From: an uncultured Alphaproteobacteria bacterium
GTDB taxonomy: Bacteria; Pseudomonadota; Alphaproteobacteria; UBA11222
Reading direction: 5' to 3'
Assembly: GCA_947258435.1 (NCBI GenBank)
Contig: CAMYID010000022.1
Location: 268,279-332,278 of the forward strand
Length of the DNA stretch: 64,000 bases
Position numbers and translations under genes: made by a program. The notes under the pieces are model-generated. The model did not search any database and was not told the origin of the DNA. It saw nothing but the letters and a program-made list of their open reading frames with translations. Positions 59,258 to 64,000 of the stretch are shown here, piece after piece. The number at the start of each line of letters is the position of its first letter. Position 1 is the stretch's first letter.

Positions 59258-60046
59258 TCAGCGCAGACCGATATCCTCCCCCCAGCGTTGCAGACCGGCG
59301 GTTTCAAGGTCGAACAGATCAAGTACCCGCCCCAGCCCGTGATCGACCATTTCCTCGAGCGATTTGGGGCGTGGATAGAAAGCAGGCATGGGCGGTGCGA
59401 TGATCGCGCCCAAATCCGACAGCTGCGCCATAGTGCGCAAATGTCCGCCATGCAGCGGCGATTCGCGCACCATCAGTACCAGGCGGCGACGTTCCTTGAG
59501 AACCACATCAGCCGCGCGCGTGAGGAGGTTTGAGGTGGCGCCACTGGCGATTTCCGACATGCTGCGGATCGAACAGGGGGCGATAATCATGCCCATGGTT
59601 TTGAACGAACCGCTGGCAATGGCGGCGGCCACATCGTTGATATGATAGTATTTGTCAGCCTGGGCGGCAATCTCGCGCGGTTTGTAATCGGTTTCCTGCG
59701 TCATGGCGATTTCCGCCGCGCGGCTCATCACCAGATGACTTTCTATTTCCAGTTCTTTCAATAATTCCAGAAGACTGACGCCATATTCCACCCCAGTTGC
59801 GCCGCTGATACCGACGATGAGGCGGCGGGTGCGGCCCGGCTCCAGCGCAAGGCCCGCCTGCCTTAGCACAGCACTTACCGGTACTTGCAGGATTCGCGCG
59901 AACGGTTCCACCCATTCGAGATTGAGCGCCTGCCGGCCGCGGATCACCCGGCTGATCACCGCCCGGTCGCGACCGATCGCTTTCGCCAGATCTTCCTGAG
60001 TGGCGCCGACACGTTTGAGATTTTCTCTAAACCATTCCTCATTCAT
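59258..60046 (-). CDS. ubiX: XRE/Cro-type HTH domain fused to UbiX flavin prenyltransferase
   Basis: Residues about 1-66 are HTH-like (TQEDLAKAIGRDRAVISRVIRG). Residues from about 75 are UbiX (LIVGISGATG, IASGS, IAPCS, LLTRAADV.LKERR.LVL..RESPL, PPMPAFY). No stop between the two. Confidence 0.9.
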   Translation of the reverse strand: MNEEWFRENLKRVGATQEDLAKAIGRDRAVISRVIRGRQALNLEWVEPFARILQVPVSAVLRQAGLALEPGRTRRLIVGISGATGVEYGVSLLELLKELEIESHLVMSRAAEIAMTQETDYKPREIAAQADKYYHINDVAAAIASGSFKTMGMIIAPCSIRSMSEIASGATSNLLTRAADVVLKERRRLVLMVRESPLHGGHLRTMAQLSDLGAIIAPPMPAFYPRPKSLEEMVDHGLGRVLDLFDLETAGLQRWGEDIGLR

Positions 60047-60052
60047 GTGAGG

Positions 60053-60081
60053 AATGTGTGATGAATTGGCACTTGCGTCAA
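60053..60081 (-). promoter_or_regulatory. Putative sigma70 promoter giving a leaderless HTH-ubiX transcript
   Basis: Minus strand TTGACG (60081-60076)-N17-CACATT (60058-60053) puts +1 at about 60046, the A of the ATG. No Shine-Dalgarno upstream. Confidence 0.4.
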
Positions 60082-60153
60082 TATGTAAGGGCTGACAGAC
60101 CGGAAATTGCATGCTCTAATATGACCTCCCGATGACCGTTGAAGGAGGTAACG

Positions 60154-60336
60154 ATGCACCCTGAAGCGCAACTTGAAGCACTTCGCGTGGAACATGATCG
60201 GCTCGACGACGTAATCAAGCGGGAGGCGCGCCGACCGGGCACGGATGATTTGCATCTGGCGGAGCTGAAGCGCGAAAAACTGCGCTTGAAGGAAGCAATC
60301 CTTGAAATGCAGAAGGGGTCTGTCACCATCAATTAG
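60154..60336 (+). CDS. YdcH/DUF465 family small coiled-coil protein (second paralog)
   Basis: AAGGAGG RBS, LEAL..EH.RLD..I.RE..RP..D and L.ELKREKLRLKEAI. Confidence 0.9.
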   Translation: MHPEAQLEALRVEHDRLDDVIKREARRPGTDDLHLAELKREKLRLKEAILEMQKGSVTIN

Positions 60337-60366
60337 CTAACGGTCGGGCGGTGCCTGCTGCGGACA

Positions 60367-61200
60367 TTAGGCAGCCTGTTTGCGGGCCACGCAAATCAGA
60401 TAGGGCGATGTGATCCGGTTGGGTCCGCGGCGCAGAAGCGCAAGACCCAGGCGGAGCGGCAGTGTCATTGCGATTTTGAGCGCTTGTGCGGGACGTGCAC
60501 CCAGCAGCTCTTCGATCCGTCCCAGATGCAATACCCCAAGATGGGCGGGAAGCACGTAATCGCATGACACTATCGTCAGCCCCGCCTGCGCATGCGCACG
60601 CGTGAGCATCGCCTGATCGAGGGGAATATGCTTGGCATAAAGCCCGGGGTTGAACCATTTTTGCAGTCGGCCGAGCGGACCTGTCATATTCGGTACAAGG
60701 GTGATCATCAGCCCGCCGGGCGCCAGGAAGGTGGCGCAGGCCGTGCAGGCGGCGGCTGTATCGGCAAAATGTTCAACCAGTCCGTTGCTCCACAGAATAT
60801 CAAATCGGTTGGACAGTTCTTCGGGCGGTGCGAACATATCGGCGCGAAAAATTTCGCCGGGCACGGCAAGATCTGTCAGCAATTGCCGCGCGCTCGCACA
60901 GCCTTGTGCGGAGTAATCGAGCCCGCTCACCGCAAAACCGAATTGCTGGTGAAAATAGGCAAGCCAGCGTGAGGCACCGCAGCCGATTTCGATGAAGTTC
61001 GGTCCCGGTGGCGGGTTTTCTGCAAGAGTATGGGTAAAAAAGGCATGCAGGGCGCGGTTGACATAATTGCGCGGCCCCCCCGCGCGGGGATCGATCGGCC
61101 GGAATGTGCCTGCGCCTGCCCACACCCTGTCCCAATAGGCGCGGTCAGTGATGGCCCCCGCGCGGCTTTCCGGGGGGTGTTGTGTTTGGCTGTCGGGCAT
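60367..61200 (-). CDS. Class I SAM-dependent methyltransferase
   Basis: FIEIGCG, GLDYS..G, FDILWSNGLVEHF and LAPGG.MITLVPN. Confidence 0.9.
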   Translation of the reverse strand: MPDSQTQHPPESRAGAITDRAYWDRVWAGAGTFRPIDPRAGGPRNYVNRALHAFFTHTLAENPPPGPNFIEIGCGASRWLAYFHQQFGFAVSGLDYSAQGCASARQLLTDLAVPGEIFRADMFAPPEELSNRFDILWSNGLVEHFADTAAACTACATFLAPGGLMITLVPNMTGPLGRLQKWFNPGLYAKHIPLDQAMLTRAHAQAGLTIVSCDYVLPAHLGVLHLGRIEELLGARPAQALKIAMTLPLRLGLALLRRGPNRITSPYLICVARKQAA

Positions 61201-61208
61201 CACATCCT

Positions 61209-62144
61209 TCATTTCTGCCCAGCAGGTAGACGGCCCAGAACCCAGACGCGGATCTGCCGGCCAAGCCATAAAATCATCAACCAGCCCGCGTAAAGCCCCG
61301 CGCGCCGCCCCGCGACGCGCCGCACGGCCCGATATGTGCCCCAGACAAGCCGGCTCATGGCGAAGCGCGGAACAAAAGGCTGGATGGCCTGCGGCAGTTT
61401 CGCGATCAGCCCGCCCCAGGGCAGGGCATCATCGCGGCTCATCCGCAATTGCCAATAGGGCTTGGGGTTGACCCGGTAATGCAGCACCGCGCCGGGCACA
61501 TGCACAACCTCACCCAGACAGGCTGCGGCCATCATCATCGGCACCTCCTGTCCCCAGGCGGTGGCCCCGAAGCTGAGCTGTTGCAGCGCTTCGCGCCGCC
61601 ACAGCCCGTAGGTCTGAAAAAATTGCGGCTGGGCGGTTTTCCGCAACCGCTCGGCAAGTCCCAGCCCGCGGGTATCGCCGTCGAACGGAATCGTTCGCCG
61701 GCTGCCATCAAGCGCGATTTCCTCCACATCGCCATAAGCGATGATTGCCTGCGGATGCGCCGACAGTCCGGCGACAAGCTGCGATACACAGTCAGGCGCG
61801 CGGGTATCGTCATGCGCCACCCACATGAAATAATCGCCTTCCGCCTGCCGGGCGAGCCATTCGAAATTGCCGATCGCCCCCAGATCGCGGGTCTGCCGGT
61901 GATAGCGGATGCGCGGATCGGCTGCCGCGTGACGTGCGCAGATGTCTGCGGTCGTATCGGTCGAACAATTATCGGAAACAAGCAGGGTGATATGCGGATA
62001 ATCCTGCGCGAGCGCCGCCGTGATCGCCTTGTCGAGCAGGGCACCGCCATTGCGCACCGGCAGTCCCAATGTGACCTGTGGCAGCGCGCCTGTCATTCCG
62101 GCGGGCGGCGCGGCGGGAGCGGTCGATGGTGAGCTATCGTCCAT
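61209..62144 (-). CDS. Glycosyltransferase family 2
   Basis: [29 protein letters not shown] and YFMWVAHDD. Amphipathic C-terminus. Start moved to 62144. Confidence 0.9.
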   Translation of the reverse strand: MDDSSPSTAPAAPPAGMTGALPQVTLGLPVRNGGALLDKAITAALAQDYPHITLLVSDNCSTDTTADICARHAAADPRIRYHRQTRDLGAIGNFEWLARQAEGDYFMWVAHDDTRAPDCVSQLVAGLSAHPQAIIAYGDVEEIALDGSRRTIPFDGDTRGLGLAERLRKTAQPQFFQTYGLWRREALQQLSFGATAWGQEVPMMMAAACLGEVVHVPGAVLHYRVNPKPYWQLRMSRDDALPWGGLIAKLPQAIQPFVPRFAMSRLVWGTYRAVRRVAGRRAGLYAGWLMILWLGRQIRVWVLGRLPAGQK

Positions 62145-62811
62145 CCGGCATTGCGCCGCGCAGCCTGGCGATATTGGCGGCATAGGCATCGGGCCCGCCG
62201 GCAAAAGTCGCCGTGCCGGCTACCAGAACATCGGCGCCTGCGGCAATTGCCTGTGCGGCGGTGTCTTCATTGATGCCACCATCCACCTGAAGGTCGATCG
62301 GTTTGCCCAGCGCGTCGATCCGCTTGCGGATTTCCCGCAATTTATGCAGTTGGCTGGCAATGAACTTCTGGCCGCCAAAGCCGGGATTGACGCTCATCAC
62401 AAGGATCAGATCGACCTCTTCGATCAGATAGTCGATTTCATCAACCGGGGTTGCGGGATTAAGCGACAGCCCCGCCTTCCTGCCCAACCGCCTGATTTCC
62501 TGAATCGTGCGGTGGGTATGGGCGCCCGCTTCCGCATGCACCGTGATGATGTCGGCACCTGCTTCGGCAAAGGCTTCAAGATAGGGGTCGACCGGCGCAA
62601 TCATCAGATGCACATCGAAGATTTTGTCGGTATGCGGGCGCAGCGCTTTCACAACGCCGGGGCCAATTGTCAGGTTCGGCACGAAATGGCCGTCCATCAC
62701 ATCGATATGGATATAGTCTGCCCCCGCCTTGTCGATAGCGGCGATTTCCGCGCCGAGCCTGGCGAAGTCAGCGGACAGGATGGACGGGGCAATGCGGATC
62801 GGTTGTTGCAT
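62134..62811 (-). CDS. rpe: Ribulose-phosphate 3-epimerase
   Basis: [41 protein letters not shown] and VDGGI. Confidence 0.98.
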   Translation of the reverse strand: MQQPIRIAPSILSADFARLGAEIAAIDKAGADYIHIDVMDGHFVPNLTIGPGVVKALRPHTDKIFDVHLMIAPVDPYLEAFAEAGADIITVHAEAGAHTHRTIQEIRRLGRKAGLSLNPATPVDEIDYLIEEVDLILVMSVNPGFGGQKFIASQLHKLREIRKRIDALGKPIDLQVDGGINEDTAAQAIAAGADVLVAGTATFAGGPDAYAANIARLRGAMPDGR

Positions 62812-62862
62812 ACAGCCTAGGTACCAGCTTGCGCAGGGCCGCGCAATCGTAAGCAGCCCCTA

Positions 62863-64000
62863 TTATGGGGAACGGCTGAGCCGCGCCGCGTAGAACCCGT
62901 CCATGCCGCCGCGGTCGGGCCACAGGCAGGGCAGGGTGCGCAGATCGCCCGCAGGGGTGATCGCCTTGCCGGCATCTTCGAATGTGCCAAGCTCCCCGAC
63001 CGTGACGGGCTGCCGGGTGAAGTCTGTTTGCAGCGCGAGGAAGTTTGCAATGCGTTCCTCCCCTTCGCGCGGCTCAAGCGAACAGGTGCAATAGACAAGC
63101 ACGCCACCGGGTGCCAGCATCTCTGCCGCCGCCGCAAGCAGCCGGTCCTGAAGGGATGTGAGCGTTGCGATCTCATCCCCGCTTCTGCGCCAGGGAATAT
63201 CGGGATGGCGCCGGATCGTGCCGGTCGCCGAGCAGGGCGCATCGAGCAGGATATGGGTGAAGGGTTGCGCAGGCCGCCATTCGGTCGCATCAGCGGTCAC
63301 AATGTCCGCTGCGAATCCGAGCCGGGCAAGATTTTCGCGCAGCCGTGCAACCCGGGCCGCCGCGCGCTCAAGCGCTGTGACCTGCGCTCCGGCCGCGCAA
63401 AGCTGCGCGGTCTTACCGCCCGGTGCCGCGCAAAGATCGAGCACCTGTTTCCCTTTGACATCACCGAGCAGGTGCGCGGGCAGGCTGGCCGCAATATCCT
63501 GCACCCACCAGTCGCCCGCATCGAATCCGGGCAGTGTCGTGATCGCGCCGCCACCCTTTCGGCGCAGCCCGCCAAATGGCAGCGGTGCCGCCTCAAGCGC
63601 TGCGGCGTATCGGGACTGGATTGCGGGATCGCGCAGGGTGAGATCGAGTGGCGGTTCGGTCAGATGTGCGGCGGCAATTTCGCGCGCCCGCGCCTCTCCA
63701 TAACAGCTGACCCAGCCCTGCCACAGCCAGTCTGGCGTATTTAATCGTGCGGCGTCATCCAGGGTGGTGAGGGTCTCCTCCCCCTCACGCGCGATACGGC
63801 GCAGCAGCGCATTGACAAGGTTCTTGAAATGGCGCGCATGCCGGTCGCGTGTGGCAAGCTCCATGGCGCTGGCAACCGCCGCATGGGGCGCTGTACCCAG
63901 AAACAGAATCTGCGCCGCGCCAAGCCGCAGAATATGTCTGGTGGGACCGGCGCGGCGTGGCAGCGGGCGTTGCTGAAACCTCTTGAGCAATGCATCGATC
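62863..64000 (-). CDS. rsmB: RsmB/NOP family RNA m5C methyltransferase, 5'-truncated by the window edge
   Basis: VQDIAA, LDLCAAPGGKT, LLDAPCSATGTIRRHPD, YCTCSLE..EGE and DGFYAARL. The frame stays open to the window end. Confidence 0.93.
   Translation of the reverse strand, partial: IDALLKRFQQRPLPRRAGPTRHILRLGAAQILFLGTAPHAAVASAMELATRDRHARHFKNLVNALLRRIAREGEETLTTLDDAARLNTPDWLWQGWVSCYGEARAREIAAAHLTEPPLDLTLRDPAIQSRYAAALEAAPLPFGGLRRKGGGAITTLPGFDAGDWWVQDIAASLPAHLLGDVKGKQVLDLCAAPGGKTAQLCAAGAQVTALERAAARVARLRENLARLGFAADIVTADATEWRPAQPFTHILLDAPCSATGTIRRHPDIPWRRSGDEIATLTSLQDRLLAAAAEMLAPGGVLVYCTCSLEPREGEERIANFLALQTDFTRQPVTVGELGTFEDAGKAITPAGDLRTLPCLWPDRGGMDGFYAARLSRSP

Noticed and set aside
60054-60072. 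TGTGA-N6-GGCAC as a CRP/FNR-family site
   Set aside because: The right half-site matches TCACA poorly, and it is not an FNR TTGAT-N4-ATCAA either.
29-63744. Many long antisense or alternative-frame ORFs (e.g. 29-1396, 4943-5977, 13700-14878, 26297-27757, 36033-37262, 47729-49150)
   Set aside because: They shadow well-supported genes, are Arg/Pro/Ala-rich with no family motifs, and are expected in high-GC DNA where stops are scarce.
1-64000. CRISPR array, IS element or prophage
   Set aside because: No repeat-spacer arrays, transposase motifs, terminal inverted repeats or virion genes were seen. The short repeats found have no unique spacers.

Overview
High-GC alphaproteobacterial chromosome segment (Rhodospirillales-like gene content; taxonomy is inference), densely coding and mostly core or metabolic. 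I saw no integrase, transposase, phage structural gene or CRISPR array. In order: (1) an uncharacterised, tightly coupled glycosyltransferase/histidine-phosphatase/deacetylase/peptide-type ABC cluster with a convergent methyltransferase; (2) enoyl-CoA hydratase + luciferase-like oxidoreductase, coq7, dsbB, an orphan PAS histidine kinase, yqaA, tRNA-Leu(CAA) and a beta carbonic anhydrase; (3) olsBA behind a Pho-box-like triple repeat; (4) urtABCDE-ureDABCEFG behind a sigma54/NtrC-like promoter, ending in a tiny UreJ-like ORF; (5) pat, an SDR, mch and sdhCDAB; (6) TPR, epimerase, MFS and an orphan lipoprotein; (7) a complete F420 operon (fno-cofE-cofD-cofC-fbiC), then a 46-aa cytochrome oxidase subunit IV gene missed by the ORF track, and pntAAB; (8) def-coq9-pabB-pabA-pabC, a PaaI thioesterase and malonyl-CoA decarboxylase; (9) an in-frame fusion of a phage-repressor-like XRE HTH domain to an intact UbiX flavin prenyltransferase, flanked by two DUF465 genes, which is the most unusual feature; (10) methyltransferase, GT2, rpe and partial rsmB. 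All family calls come from motif recognition by eye, not database searches. Several start codons were moved downstream of the ORF-track starts.
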